Positions 39,287 to 50,133 of a stretch of DNA of 64,000 nt are shown in pieces. Numbering within the stretch: the stretch's first letter is position 1; each line of letters starts with the position of its first letter. The DNA lies in NCBI GenBank assembly GCA_038063515.1, contig JBBTUY010000001.1, positions 10,972 through 74,971 on the forward strand, in the 5' to 3' direction. Source of the DNA: Patescibacteria group bacterium (GTDB taxonomy: Bacteria > Patescibacteriota > Minisyncoccia > Phycocordibacterales > UBA9973). The notes under the pieces are model-generated. The model saw only the letters and a list, made by a program, of their open reading frames with translations. It made no database searches and was not told the DNA's origin. The position numbers and the translations under genes were made by a program.

Positions 39287-39706
39287 ATGGAAAAAAATAC
39301 AGAAGATAAATACATAGAGGCTGTCGGACGAAGAAAAACTTCGACTGCACGAGTGCGTATCTGGGTAGCAGGACGTGCAAGCTTTAAAGTAAACCATAAG
39401 GATGCTAAAGAGTATTTTCCTACAGAAGAAGAAAGAATTTTGATATTAGATCCTATAGTAAAAGGCATAGAAGGAGAAGGTAAAAATATAAAATGGGCAG
39501 TAGAAGCACATGTGTCTGGCGGCGGCATACACTCTCAGTCTGAGGCTGTACGTCACGGACTCTCTCGTGCACTCGTAAAATACGATCTAGAGCTCCGTGG
39601 TGCTCTTAAGAGTCTTGGATTCTTAAAGCGTGACCCAAGAGCAAAAGAACGCCGTAAATTCGGTCTCAAAAAAGCTCGTAAGGCTCCAAAGTGGTCTAAA
39701 CGTTAA
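39287..39706 (+). CDS. rpsI: 30S ribosomal protein S9
   Basis: GRRKTSTARV, GGG..SQSEAVRHG, ERRKFGLKKARKAPKWSKR. Confidence 0.96.
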   Translation: MEKNTEDKYIEAVGRRKTSTARVRIWVAGRASFKVNHKDAKEYFPTEEERILILDPIVKGIEGEGKNIKWAVEAHVSGGGIHSQSEAVRHGLSRALVKYDLELRGALKSLGFLKRDPRAKERRKFGLKKARKAPKWSKR

Positions 39707-39754
39707 TTATAAAAATCCCCTTTATAAGAGGATTTTTTGTGCTATAATACACAT

Positions 39755-40348
39755 ATGAGTGACGAAAATGAGCTAAATAAAGAAGAAGAAATCTCTATAC
39801 CCGAAGAGGAAACTGAGGTTGAAGAATTTGAATTCAATGATGACGGGGAGGAGGATTTAAAGAAAACTCTTAAGAAATTAAGGGTGGATTTGAAAGTTGC
39901 TAAGAAAGAAAAAGAAGAATACCTGACAGGCTGGCAGAAAGAGCGAGCGGACTTTATAAATTACAAAAAAGAAGAGGCGACCAGACAGAGCATGATGTCA
40001 AATGTTTTTCGTGAAAGTATAATTTCAGAATTTTTATCTGTGGCAGATAGCTTTGATGTGGCATTTTCCAACAAGGAGGCATGGGAAAAAGTAGATGCAA
40101 ACTGGCGTACAGGCGTCGAGTACATTTATTCTCAAATGAATGGCATCTTTGAAAATTACGGAGTGAAAAGCTTGGGTGTAGAAGGAGAGAATTTTGATCC
40201 CAATATTCACCAGTCTATAGAAGTAGTAGATACAGACAAAAAAGATCTTGATCACAAAGTAGCAAAAGTAATTCAAAAAGGTTATAAGCTCGGCGAACGA
40301 GTCATGCGCCCTGCTCGGGTAAATGTATACGAATACAAAGATTTGTAG
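39755..40348 (+). CDS. grpE: Nucleotide exchange factor GrpE
   Basis: RADFINYKK, FDPNIHQSI, QKGYKLGERVMRPARV. Confidence 0.94.
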   Translation: MSDENELNKEEEISIPEEETEVEEFEFNDDGEEDLKKTLKKLRVDLKVAKKEKEEYLTGWQKERADFINYKKEEATRQSMMSNVFRESIISEFLSVADSFDVAFSNKEAWEKVDANWRTGVEYIYSQMNGIFENYGVKSLGVEGENFDPNIHQSIEVVDTDKKDLDHKVAKVIQKGYKLGERVMRPARVNVYEYKDL

Positions 40349-40366
40349 ACGTCCGACGTCTACAAA
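40342..40366. repeat. REP-like palindrome overlapping the grpE stop codon
   Basis: TTTGTAGACGTC-C-GACGTCTACAAA. Confidence 0.75.
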
Positions 40367-40402
40367 AAGCTTAGTTTATCATATATGATATATTAAGGAT
40401 TT

Positions 40403-42094
40403 ATGAAAAGTGAAACTAAAAACTGCCAGAATTGTAAAAAAGATTTCGTAATAGAAACTGAGGATTTTGACTTTTATGAAAAGATAAAAGTGCCTCCACC
40501 GACGTGGTGCCCAGAGTGTAGGCAAGTACGTCGCTATGCTTGGAGAAATGAACGTACTCTGTACAGGAGAAACTGTGATCTCTGTAAGAAAAATATGGTG
40601 ACAATATATTCACCGAACAAACCATTTGTAGTGTATTGCAATGAATGCTGGTGGGGTGATGGCTGGGATCCAGCTTCGTATGCCAAAGATTTTGACTTTT
40701 CAAGGCCATTTTTCGAGCAATTTTCTGAGCTCCAGCACGAAGTCCCCCGTATGGCACTTTTAAATAAAAATAGTACTAATTCAGAGTATACTAACCATGC
40801 CGCTAATAATAAAAATTGTTATCTATCATTTACACTTATTGATGATGAAAATGTTATGTATAGTGCGTGGGTTGTAAAATCTCGTGATTGTGTAGATTGT
40901 AGTTTTATATATGAGAAAGGGGAGCGGCTTTATGAAGTAATTGATTCCCGTACTTGTTATCAGTGTCAGTACGGACTTTTTTTTAAAGACTGTTCGTCAG
41001 TGTATTACTCTTATGATTGCCATAGTTGCAATGAATGCTTTTTATCTTCAAATTTACGTAATAAAAGTTATGTTTTTAAAAATGTTCAATACTCGAGGGA
41101 AGAATATTTAGAAAAAATAAAAGAATATAATTTATCTTCTTTTGAAGTACGACAGAAATTAAATGAAGAATTTAAAAATCTATTGGAAAATATTGCTGTC
41201 CACAAGTATGTCGTCAATGAAAGAAACGTAAATTCTACAGGGTCCTTAATTTATGACTGTAAGGATGTAAATAAGGCATTTGAAGTTTATAAAGGAGAAA
41301 ATGGTAAATATATTTATGGTGCAATAAATATAAAAGACTCTATGGATTTGTACCACATAGATGGAGCTGAGTTGTGCTATGAGGTTCATGCTGGTATTAG
41401 AAATACTAATTCCCAGTTTATTACTCTCTGCTATGATAATACTTATATCATTTATAGTGATACCTGTCATAACAGTCAAAACCTTTTCGGCTGTGTTAGC
41501 GTCAAGAAAGGTGAATATGTGATTTTAAATAAGAAATACAGTAAAGAGGATTATCTTATTTTAAGAGAAAAGATTATTGAACATATGAAAAAGGGAGGGG
41601 AATACGGAGAATTTTTTCCTCCCTCCATTGCTCCTGTCACCTACAATGAGACTCAGGGGAATTTATATGAGCCTATGACCAAAGAGGAGGTCTTGGCTAA
41701 GGGATGGAACTGGGAAGAAAATGTACCAGGGACATTTGGTAAAGAAACTATTCCTCACGACCAAATACCAGACAAAATAGAAGATGTCCCCGATTCATAT
41801 TTGAAAGAGATTTTTATTTGTACCGAGTGCTCGAAGAATTACAATATTAATCAAAATGAACTTCTTTTTTATAAAAAAGAAAAAATCCCACTTCCTAGGA
41901 AATGCCCAAATTGTAGATACAAAAGGAGATTTGACTTAAGACCACTTCGCAAGTTGTGGCATCGTATTTGTATGTGCTCGCAAAAGCATAATAATCATGA
42001 AGGTAAATGTGAAGTAGAATTTGAGACCCCATATTCTCCGGATAGAGTTGAAAAAGTGTATTGCGAAAAATGCTACCAGCAAGAAGTCTACTAA
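40403..42094 (+). CDS. Cys-rich multi-zinc-ribbon hypothetical protein
   Basis: CQNC, CPEC, CDLC, CNEC, CTEC, CPNC, CEKC plus a Cys/Ser-rich repetitive core. Confidence 0.75.
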   Translation: MKSETKNCQNCKKDFVIETEDFDFYEKIKVPPPTWCPECRQVRRYAWRNERTLYRRNCDLCKKNMVTIYSPNKPFVVYCNECWWGDGWDPASYAKDFDFSRPFFEQFSELQHEVPRMALLNKNSTNSEYTNHAANNKNCYLSFTLIDDENVMYSAWVVKSRDCVDCSFIYEKGERLYEVIDSRTCYQCQYGLFFKDCSSVYYSYDCHSCNECFLSSNLRNKSYVFKNVQYSREEYLEKIKEYNLSSFEVRQKLNEEFKNLLENIAVHKYVVNERNVNSTGSLIYDCKDVNKAFEVYKGENGKYIYGAINIKDSMDLYHIDGAELCYEVHAGIRNTNSQFITLCYDNTYIIYSDTCHNSQNLFGCVSVKKGEYVILNKKYSKEDYLILREKIIEHMKKGGEYGEFFPPSIAPVTYNETQGNLYEPMTKEEVLAKGWNWEENVPGTFGKETIPHDQIPDKIEDVPDSYLKEIFICTECSKNYNINQNELLFYKKEKIPLPRKCPNCRYKRRFDLRPLRKLWHRICMCSQKHNNHEGKCEVEFETPYSPDRVEKVYCEKCYQQEVY

Positions 42095-42097
42095 AAT

Positions 42098-42676
42098 TTA
42101 TTTACAAAAACTCTCTAAAAGTATTTTCTTAGTTTCTTCGTCTATCATTTGAGTGACGATGATCATGATCTCAGTTGTAAATCCGAGATCTTTTTTAATA
42201 TTTATAAAAAGATGTTCGTACGGGTAGGGGGATATCCATGCAGAATTTTTAAGACATACAAAGCCTGCTTTTTTAAGGAGATAACGCATGCTTTCGCGTT
42301 CACTTTTTCTATCTTCTGGTATGTCGAGAAGTATGATCCTCCAATATCCATCCCACTTGGTGCTCACCATTCCTGTAGTGTTTTCTAGTTTGAGGCTATG
42401 AGTCTTTTTCTTACCTTCTTTTGTGAGTCTCACATAATCATTTTGAGGAGAAGAGATTTGCTCTATAAGCCCAGCTTCCCGGAGTCCTTTGAGGGATCGG
42501 GTAATAGCGTATTTCTGATCAGATAGAGGTTTAGCCTCTATCTTAGAATTATTTAAATTACTTAGGTGTCCAACACCTAAGTTGTGTATTTCAGACAGGG
42601 AAATAGCGGGTTTTTGACCTAAAATCCTTAATATTTTCTTTGAGTATTGATTGTCTTTCTTGTCTTTGCTTGACAT
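42098..42676 (-). CDS. PaaX-like transcriptional regulator (wHTH plus Cas2-like domain)
   Basis: VRLTKEG, KWDGYWRIILLDIPE..R..LKKAGF..LKNSAWISPY. Confidence 0.75.
   Translation of the reverse strand: MSSKDKKDNQYSKKILRILGQKPAISLSEIHNLGVGHLSNLNNSKIEAKPLSDQKYAITRSLKGLREAGLIEQISSPQNDYVRLTKEGKKKTHSLKLENTTGMVSTKWDGYWRIILLDIPEDRKSERESMRYLLKKAGFVCLKNSAWISPYPYEHLFINIKKDLGFTTEIMIIVTQMIDEETKKILLESFCK
42560..42582. repeat. Short REP-like palindrome inside the PaaX-like gene
   Basis: ACTTAGGTGT-CCA-ACACCTAAGT. Confidence 0.65.
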
Positions 42677-42784
42677 GCATATATATTATCATATATACTA
42701 CTTTATACAAGTATTTGGTGGTCACGAAATACCTGTAAATATTAAAAAATATCATTAAAATTATTAAATAATCAAACAAAATAT

Positions 42785-44701
42785 ATGTCAAAAATAATAG
42801 GTATAGATTTAGGTACAACAAACTCAGCGGTCGCTTTCATCGAAGGTGGAGCACCAAAAATAATAGAAAACATAGAAGGCTCTCGTACGACTCCTTCGAT
42901 AGTTTCTGTTGCTAAAAATGGAGATAGACTCGTCGGTCTCCTTGCAAAGAGACAAGCCGTCACAAATCCAGAAAATACTGTTTACGGTATCAAGCGTTTT
43001 ATGGGTCACAATTTTGAAGATCCAGAAGTGCAGAAGGACTTAAAAAATGCATCTTTCAAAATTCAAAAAGGAACAAATGGTGGTGTTGAAGTAAAGATTG
43101 GTGATAAATGGATGAGACCAGAAGAAATCTCTGCAATGATTTTAGGTAAAATAAAGGCAGACGTAGAAGCAAAACTCGGAGAGAAGATAACAGAAGCTGT
43201 GATTACAGTTCCTGCATATTTTAACGATGCTCAGAGAAAAGCTACAAAAGACGCAGGTGCAGTCGCAGGACTTGATGTAAAGCGTATTATAAACGAGCCT
43301 ACAGCAGCAGCGCTCGCATACGGATTTAATAAAAAGAAAAATGAAAAAATAGTAGTCTACGACTTCGGTGGAGGAACATTTGATGTATCTGTGCTCGAGA
43401 TTGGTGACGACGTTATCGAAGTTAAGTCTACAGACGGAGACAGTCACTTAGGTGGTCGTGATATAGATCACAAGATCATCGCATGGATCGCGGAAGAGTA
43501 TAAGAAGACTTCAGGTGTAGATGTACGCAACGACAAGCTCGCATTACAGAGACTCGATGAGGCGGCAGAAAAAGCGAAGATCGAACTTTCTACTTCTATA
43601 GAAACAGAAATAAATATTCCATTTATAACTTCTACAGCCGAAGGCCCTCAGCACTTACTTTTGAAGATGACACGTGCACAACTCGAAGCTATAGCAGAAG
43701 AATATATAAACCGTTCTATAGAGATCACAAAGCGTGCTATGTCTGCATCTGGTTTTAAAATGGAAGACATGAATGAGATCATCATGGTCGGAGGTCAAAC
43801 AAGAATGCCTAGAATAGTGGAGGAAGTTAAAAAAGTTTTTGGTAAAACTCCAAACCTTTCTATAAATCCTGACGAAGTGGTAGCGCTCGGTGCTGCGGTG
43901 CAGGCTGGAGTATTGCAGGGTGATGTGCGTGATGTACTTCTTCTCGATGTTATACCTCTTTCTCTCGGTATTGAGACTCTAGGAGGAGTAGCGACAAAGT
44001 TAGTCGAAAGAAATACAACTATCCCATCAAATAAATCTCAGACTTTTTCTACAGCTGCTGACAACCAGACTTCTGTGGAGATACACATAGTCCAAGGTGA
44101 GCGTCCAATGGCGTCTGATAACAAATCTCTAGGAAGATTCATCTTAGATGGAGTTCCACCAGCACCACGCGGTATGCCTCAGATCGAAGTATCTTTTGAT
44201 GTGGATGCAAACGGAATACTAAATGTTACTGCAAAGGATAAAGCTTCAGGTAAAACACAATCCATAAAGATCGAAGCAAGCTCTGGACTTAAAGATGAAG
44301 ACATAAAGAAAATGCAGGCTGATGCTGAGCTTCATGCAGACGAAGATAAAAAGAAGAGAGAATTAGTAGATGTGAAGAATACAGCAGAGATGATCATCTA
44401 CACTGCGGAGAAAGCTATTAAAGATGCTGGTGATAAAATTCCTGCTGAATTAAAAACAGAAGTAGAATCCAAGATCGCTATAGTAAAAAGTGTCAAAGAT
44501 GGCACTGACGAGCTTGCGATAAAGAAAGCTACAGAAGAGCTATCTAATGAAATGTCAAAGATCGGTGAAGCGATGCAAAAAGCAGGCGCAACTGATTCAG
44601 CCTCTTCAGGACCTTCAACTCCCGAAGAACAGCCAGCAGAAGTCAATGACGCTGAATTTAAAGAAAAAGAAGGAGGAGAGGGAGAGCAACCCAAAGCATA
44701 A
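42785..44701 (+). CDS. dnaK: Chaperone DnaK
   Basis: [39 protein letters not shown]. Confidence 0.98.
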   Translation: MSKIIGIDLGTTNSAVAFIEGGAPKIIENIEGSRTTPSIVSVAKNGDRLVGLLAKRQAVTNPENTVYGIKRFMGHNFEDPEVQKDLKNASFKIQKGTNGGVEVKIGDKWMRPEEISAMILGKIKADVEAKLGEKITEAVITVPAYFNDAQRKATKDAGAVAGLDVKRIINEPTAAALAYGFNKKKNEKIVVYDFGGGTFDVSVLEIGDDVIEVKSTDGDSHLGGRDIDHKIIAWIAEEYKKTSGVDVRNDKLALQRLDEAAEKAKIELSTSIETEINIPFITSTAEGPQHLLLKMTRAQLEAIAEEYINRSIEITKRAMSASGFKMEDMNEIIMVGGQTRMPRIVEEVKKVFGKTPNLSINPDEVVALGAAVQAGVLQGDVRDVLLLDVIPLSLGIETLGGVATKLVERNTTIPSNKSQTFSTAADNQTSVEIHIVQGERPMASDNKSLGRFILDGVPPAPRGMPQIEVSFDVDANGILNVTAKDKASGKTQSIKIEASSGLKDEDIKKMQADAELHADEDKKKRELVDVKNTAEMIIYTAEKAIKDAGDKIPAELKTEVESKIAIVKSVKDGTDELAIKKATEELSNEMSKIGEAMQKAGATDSASSGPSTPEEQPAEVNDAEFKEKEGGEGEQPKA

Positions 44702-44711
44702 ACTTTAAACT

Positions 44712-44734
44712 TGTTCAACATTCGGTATTGAACA
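44712..44734. repeat. Short REP-like palindrome downstream of dnaK
   Basis: TGTTCAACAT-TCG-GTATTGAACA; 20/23 identical to the reverse complement of 30726-30748. Confidence 0.7.
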
Positions 44735-44831
44735 TTACTAAAAAGCCCTAAAATAAAGAGGGGCTTTTTAGTTCTCTATTTATTGCTGTGTTGTTCATGC
44801 TCTTCATTTGTTGTGATATAATATAAATCAT

Positions 44832-46916
44832 ATGGAATTTCCAGAAATACCTAAAAATAGAGATATAACCTATTTGGGTCTTACCACGTATAGAGATAAA
44901 AATACGCTCTTCGGCATAAAGCGTAAAGACAGGCGTCAGCATGTATACATTCTCGGAAAGTCCGGTACAGGTAAGTCTGTACTCATGTTTAATATGATTA
45001 TACAAAACATCCAGAATGGGGACGGTGTTTGTTTAGTTGACCCTCACGGAGAAAATGTTGAAGGAGTGCTTTCTTCTATTCCTCCACACAGAGTAAAGGA
45101 TGTAGTTTATTTTAACCCTGCAGATACGGAGCACCATATTGGTTTTAATGTTTTAGAATTAGTTGACCCTCAATACAAGCACCTAGTAGCTTCTGGGCTC
45201 ATGGGAATCTTTACAAAGATATGGGCAAATGCATGGTCTGCTCGTATGGAATACATTTTAAACAATACTATTCTTGCACTTCTTGATACTCCAGGTTCTA
45301 CAATGCTCGGCATTCCTCGAATGCTCGTAGACAAAGATTATCGTCAGAAAATAATTTCAAATTTAAAAGACCCTGTCATTAAAGCCTTCTGGGTGCATGA
45401 ATATGAAGCATGGCAAGATAAATTTAGAAATGAAGCAATAGCACCAATACAAAACAAAGTAGGGCAATTCCTCTCTACGTCTATCATAAGAAATGTTGTC
45501 GGGCAGTCAAAGAGCACTATAGACATTTTCAACATGATGAATGAGGGAAAGATTTTCCTTGTGAATGTTTCTAAGGGTCGCATAGGTGAGGACAACTCTG
45601 CGTTGCTTGGAGGTATGATCATTACCAAGATCCAGCTTGCAGCCATGGAGCGTGTGAGAATTCCTGAAGATTCTCGTCGTGACTTTTATTTATATGTCGA
45701 CGAATTTCAAAATTTCGTTACAGATGCTTTTGCTGGGATTTTGTCTGAGGCTCGAAAATACCGACTAAACCTTACAGTGGCTCACCAGTACACAGCTCAG
45801 CTCGTCTCAGACAAGAGTACGGCAGTGCGTGACGCAGTCTTCGGTAACGTAGGAACCATGATCATTTTTCGTGTCGGTTCTGACGACGCAGAATTCTTAG
45901 AAAAAGAATTTGATCCAGAGTTTACTCCACAGGATATTGTAAATCTTCCAAACTATAAAATTTATCTAAAGCTCATGATAGACGGCGTGACTTCTCGCCC
46001 ATTTTCTTCGAGGACGTTACCTCCTATGGTAAAGTCTGGAAATAAAGAAATAGAAGAGGCTGTTATAAAGTCTTCTCGCGAGCTTTATTGTAAATCAAAA
46101 GAAGAAATAGAAAGAGAAATAAATAATTGGAGTGGCATGTCTCTCGGTGGTGAAGGAGGCGAGTCGGTGAATCAGCCTACGGGTAAATTTGAAATTACAT
46201 GCTCTGCATGTAAGAAGCAGACCACTGTGCCATTTAAGCCTGAGGGAGGTAGGCCCGTGTATTGTAAGGAATGTATGGCAAAGATAAAATCAGGGGAGTT
46301 AAAAGTACAAAAAGGAAAAGACGATCAGATTAAATACGATGATTCAAAGTTTTACAAACCTCTTGCTGATCTTGGTATAGAATACAAGCCTAAGGATGAA
46401 GGCGTAAAATCTGTCATTAATTCTGCCATTAATAAGGAATTAAAAGAAGTAAAGGAGGTTCCTAAAGAAATGCAAAAAGAAAAGGTTGTAAAAAAAGAGG
46501 AAGAAAAACCTCCTTACGTGCAAAAACAAGAAGTTTCACCCCTTAAACAAGCCTTAAATAAAATTACAGAGATAATAAAAACAGAGCCTGCTCCTGTAGT
46601 GGAAGAAGTAAAGGAAACAATAAATAAAGAAGAACCTTCTCCGGAACTTTTAAAAGAGAAAATAAAAGTAATTGCAAAAAAGTCTACAATAGTAACCACC
46701 TCAAAAGATAAATCTGCAAGTAAAGAAGATATGAAAAAACTAAGAGACTTCTTGGCTTCTGCCCCTATGAAACAAACTGAAGAAAATACTAAAAAAGAAA
46801 TTCCTGAAATACAAAAAGAGCCAGAAGTAAAGCCAAGTGAAGAGGATGTTGTACCTCTTCCTAAAAAGCCAAAAGAAGTTCCAGAGGAAGTTTTACGAAA
46901 GATCTTAGAAGATTAA
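44832..46916 (+). CDS. VirB4/TraD/HerA-like P-loop ATPase with CxxC-x17-CxxC zinc finger and charged tail
   Basis: HVYILGKSGTGKS, LYVDEFQNF, LSEARKYRL, FGNVGT; CSAC..PFKP..RPVYCKEC. Confidence 0.82.
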   Translation: MEFPEIPKNRDITYLGLTTYRDKNTLFGIKRKDRRQHVYILGKSGTGKSVLMFNMIIQNIQNGDGVCLVDPHGENVEGVLSSIPPHRVKDVVYFNPADTEHHIGFNVLELVDPQYKHLVASGLMGIFTKIWANAWSARMEYILNNTILALLDTPGSTMLGIPRMLVDKDYRQKIISNLKDPVIKAFWVHEYEAWQDKFRNEAIAPIQNKVGQFLSTSIIRNVVGQSKSTIDIFNMMNEGKIFLVNVSKGRIGEDNSALLGGMIITKIQLAAMERVRIPEDSRRDFYLYVDEFQNFVTDAFAGILSEARKYRLNLTVAHQYTAQLVSDKSTAVRDAVFGNVGTMIIFRVGSDDAEFLEKEFDPEFTPQDIVNLPNYKIYLKLMIDGVTSRPFSSRTLPPMVKSGNKEIEEAVIKSSRELYCKSKEEIEREINNWSGMSLGGEGGESVNQPTGKFEITCSACKKQTTVPFKPEGGRPVYCKECMAKIKSGELKVQKGKDDQIKYDDSKFYKPLADLGIEYKPKDEGVKSVINSAINKELKEVKEVPKEMQKEKVVKKEEEKPPYVQKQEVSPLKQALNKITEIIKTEPAPVVEEVKETINKEEPSPELLKEKIKVIAKKSTIVTTSKDKSASKEDMKKLRDFLASAPMKQTEENTKKEIPEIQKEPEVKPSEEDVVPLPKKPKEVPEEVLRKILED

Positions 46917-46931
46917 TTTAATAATTTATAT

Positions 46932-48410
46932 ATGCCAAAGCCAAATAGAATACAAATAATAAAATACGGTCCACCACCACCAGAACTTCCTGTTTTCGGT
47001 AAGGTAAAACCTGAAGACGTATCTTTTATAGGCCGTACGAATTACGTGGCTGCACTTGAAGAAAAGAAATTCGTCTTTGGTATCAAAAGGGTAGATAGGA
47101 GAAGGCACCTATACATCATAGGAAAGTCGGGAGTGGGGAAGACTAAGCTTCTTGAGCTTTTTTTGCGTCAGGATATCACCTATGGACATGGACTTTGTCT
47201 CATAGACCCTCACGGAGACGTGATAGACGCAATGCTTGATTATATTCCTAAGGAACGCATTGATGACGTATGTATTATAGACCCATCTGATATTGATTTC
47301 CCTGCATCATTTAATCCTCTTTCAAACGTGGATCCTATGTTTAAGTTTCAGCTTACGCAAGGACTCATCGAAGTTTTCCAAAAGCAATTCGGAGCCAACT
47401 GGACTCCACGTCTTGAGCACGTTTTTCGTTTCACTTGCCTTGCACTTCTAGACTATCCTCATGCGACGATGCGTGGAATGATATCAATGCTTACAGATAG
47501 AAACTACAGACAGAAAGTTGTGGAATACATCACAGATGACATGGTGAAAAGATTCTTCGCTATTGAATTCGCTGATTGGTCTGAGAAGTTCGATACTGAC
47601 GCTATAATCCCGCTTGTAAACAAACTAGGACAATTTCTCTCTGACCCACTGCTACGTAATATTTTCGGTCAGAAACAAAACAAAATAGACATAAGCAAGC
47701 TCATGAATACTCAAAAGATAATTTTTATTAATTTATCTAAGGGTCGCCTCGGTGAGGAGAATTCTTCATTTCTCGGTTCTATGTTTTTAACAAAGATAAA
47801 ACAAGCAGGCATGGAGCGTGCAGGTATGCCAGAGAGTGCACGTAAAGACTTCTACATATATGTGGATGAGTTTCAGAATGTTGTGACGCAAACATTTGAA
47901 AATATTTTATCTGAGGCCCGTAAGTACGGACTCAATCTCACCATGGCTCACCAGTATGTGGGACAAATAATCACAAAAGTTCACCAAGCTGTACTTGGTA
48001 ACTGCGGTAGTATTATTACTTTTCGTATAGGTGGTGAAGATGCAGTGAAATTAAAACCAGAATTTTCCCCACTTTTTGATGTTAAAGATATGATCAATCT
48101 CGCTGTGACAGAATTTTATATAAAAATGACTATTGATGGTGAATCTTACGATCCATTTTCAGCTGAGACTTTACGAGTTTTACCTCCAACGCACGAGTCT
48201 TATAGAGAAGAAATAATTGCTGCATCTAGAGCAAAATATTCAATACCCAAAGATGATGCACAGAAATTAATTGCTGAAGAAGAAGCCACTATCATCAGAA
48301 GCGTCGAAGAAAAGGCTATGATCGAAGGTAAAGCAAAGAATAAAGACGGTATGGGTAATGAAACAACAGAAACTCCAAAAGTAAAAGAAGAAGTGCAGCC
48401 AATGATATAA
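46932..48410 (+). CDS. VirB4/TraD/HerA-like P-loop ATPase (paralog)
   Basis: HLYIIGKSGVGKT, IYVDEFQN, LSEARKYGL, LGNCGS. Confidence 0.82.
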   Translation: MPKPNRIQIIKYGPPPPELPVFGKVKPEDVSFIGRTNYVAALEEKKFVFGIKRVDRRRHLYIIGKSGVGKTKLLELFLRQDITYGHGLCLIDPHGDVIDAMLDYIPKERIDDVCIIDPSDIDFPASFNPLSNVDPMFKFQLTQGLIEVFQKQFGANWTPRLEHVFRFTCLALLDYPHATMRGMISMLTDRNYRQKVVEYITDDMVKRFFAIEFADWSEKFDTDAIIPLVNKLGQFLSDPLLRNIFGQKQNKIDISKLMNTQKIIFINLSKGRLGEENSSFLGSMFLTKIKQAGMERAGMPESARKDFYIYVDEFQNVVTQTFENILSEARKYGLNLTMAHQYVGQIITKVHQAVLGNCGSIITFRIGGEDAVKLKPEFSPLFDVKDMINLAVTEFYIKMTIDGESYDPFSAETLRVLPPTHESYREEIIAASRAKYSIPKDDAQKLIAEEEATIIRSVEEKAMIEGKAKNKDGMGNETTETPKVKEEVQPMI

Positions 48411-48452
48411 ATATTTTCTTGACCAAAGTGTATCTATAAGTATAATACGACT

Positions 48453-49538
48453 ATGAACAAAGACTATTATGAAACATTAGGAGTAAATAAAAATGCCTCA
48501 AAAGAAGAAATCAAGAAGGCTTTTTATAAGCTCGCACACAAATACCACCCTGATAAAAAAGACGGAAATGAAGCTAAATTCAAGCAGGTAAATGAAGCGT
48601 ACCAAGTGCTCTCTGATGACTCTAAACGCTCTAAATATGACCAATACGGCTCTCAATATGAAAACATGGGTCATGCACATGCCGGACACCAAGGTGGCGG
48701 ATTTGAAGGTTTTGACTTTAGTGGCTTTGGACAGGGTGGGGCAGAGTTTGATTTTGGAAACTTAAACGATATCTTTTCTGATTTCTTTGGAGGTGGTATG
48801 GGAGCAAGAAGAGAACAAAGAAGAGGTAGAGACATTTCTACAGAAATACAAGTATCTTTTAGTGATGCTGTTTTTGGCATCACCAGAAAAGTTCTTATCA
48901 CAAAGACTTCTACTTGTGTGACATGTGATGGTAAAGGTGCGAAAATAGGTACTAAAATGGAAACCTGTAAGACATGTAATGGTCAAGGTAAGATACACGA
49001 AACAAAAAGATCATTCCTTGGAAATATTTCTACTACCAAAGTATGTGAGACATGTTTTGGTAGCGGTGAAGTACCAAAAGAAGTCTGTGATAAATGTAAA
49101 GGTAAAGGAGTACTTCGTCGTGAAGAAGAGATAACTATTATGATCCCTGCTGGCATCAGAGACGGTGAGATGATACGTATGACAGGCATGGGCGAAGCAG
49201 TTTCGAGAGGTATGACAGGGGACTTGTATATCAAGATAAACGTTGCTCCACACCCACTATTTAAACGTGACGGTAATGATTTGGTTATGAATCTCGATTT
49301 AAATTTATCTGATGCATTACTCGGTATGAAATATCCTGTAAAAACTTTAGATGGAGACATAGAAGTCACTATTCCTGAAGGAGTAAAGATAAATGAAGTG
49401 CTCCGAGTACGTGGCAAGGGTGTACCAAATAAAAATAAAAGAGGAGACTTGCTTATAAAATTAAATATAAAACTTCCACATAAGATTTCCAAAAAATCTC
49501 GTGAACTTATCGAGCAGCTTAAAAAAGAGGGGATATAA
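48453..49538 (+). CDS. dnaJ: Chaperone DnaJ
   Basis: J domain HPD, G/F region, four CxxCxGxG repeats. Confidence 0.96.
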   Translation: MNKDYYETLGVNKNASKEEIKKAFYKLAHKYHPDKKDGNEAKFKQVNEAYQVLSDDSKRSKYDQYGSQYENMGHAHAGHQGGGFEGFDFSGFGQGGAEFDFGNLNDIFSDFFGGGMGARREQRRGRDISTEIQVSFSDAVFGITRKVLITKTSTCVTCDGKGAKIGTKMETCKTCNGQGKIHETKRSFLGNISTTKVCETCFGSGEVPKEVCDKCKGKGVLRREEEITIMIPAGIRDGEMIRMTGMGEAVSRGMTGDLYIKINVAPHPLFKRDGNDLVMNLDLNLSDALLGMKYPVKTLDGDIEVTIPEGVKINEVLRVRGKGVPNKNKRGDLLIKLNIKLPHKISKKSRELIEQLKKEGI

Positions 49539-50129
49539 ATGAACTTCGAACAAATAATCGCTTGTATTATTCTTATTATCCAGTCTATTGGAGTTTTTTT
49601 CTATATTCGTGATATGGTGCGTGGCACCACGAAACCAAACAGGATTACTTGGTTTATCTGGGCTCTGGCCCCGCTCATTACAACATGGATTGCAGTTAAA
49701 GCTGGTTCAGGACTTTCGATACTTCCAGTATTTCTAGCTGGATTTAATCCAGTTTTAGTTCTTATTGCTTCTTTTATAATTAAAAAAGGCTATTGGGAAA
49801 TAACCAAACTTGATGTTGTGTGTGGTATTTTAGCGGGTATCTCACTTTTGTTGTGGTTATTAACGCAAAGTTTTTGGGTTTCAATATTATTTGCGATTTT
49901 AAGTGATGGACTTGCTGCAGTTCCAACATTAATAAAATCATGGAAATTTCCTGAGACTGAAACTTCTTCTGCATATCTTGGCGGTGCAGTTGCCAATGTT
50001 CTTGGTCTTATAATAATTAAAGAGTGGACTTTCCCTATATACTCGTTTGGAGTTTATAATATTTTAATCAATTTACTAATCCTTTGTTTTATCCATCGCA
50101 AAAAGATTTTATTTTGGTATACTAGATAA
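49539..50129 (+). CDS. Integral membrane protein
   Basis: Multiple TM helices; GTTKPNRITW, PTLIKSWKFPETE. Confidence 0.7.
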   Translation: MNFEQIIACIILIIQSIGVFFYIRDMVRGTTKPNRITWFIWALAPLITTWIAVKAGSGLSILPVFLAGFNPVLVLIASFIIKKGYWEITKLDVVCGILAGISLLLWLLTQSFWVSILFAILSDGLAAVPTLIKSWKFPETETSSAYLGGAVANVLGLIIIKEWTFPIYSFGVYNILINLLILCFIHRKKILFWYTR

Positions 50130-50133
50130 TATT

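Noticed and set aside
42098-42676. cas2 gene
   Set aside because: N-terminal wHTH plus WDG-WR motif indicates a PaaX-like regulator; no cas1 or array nearby
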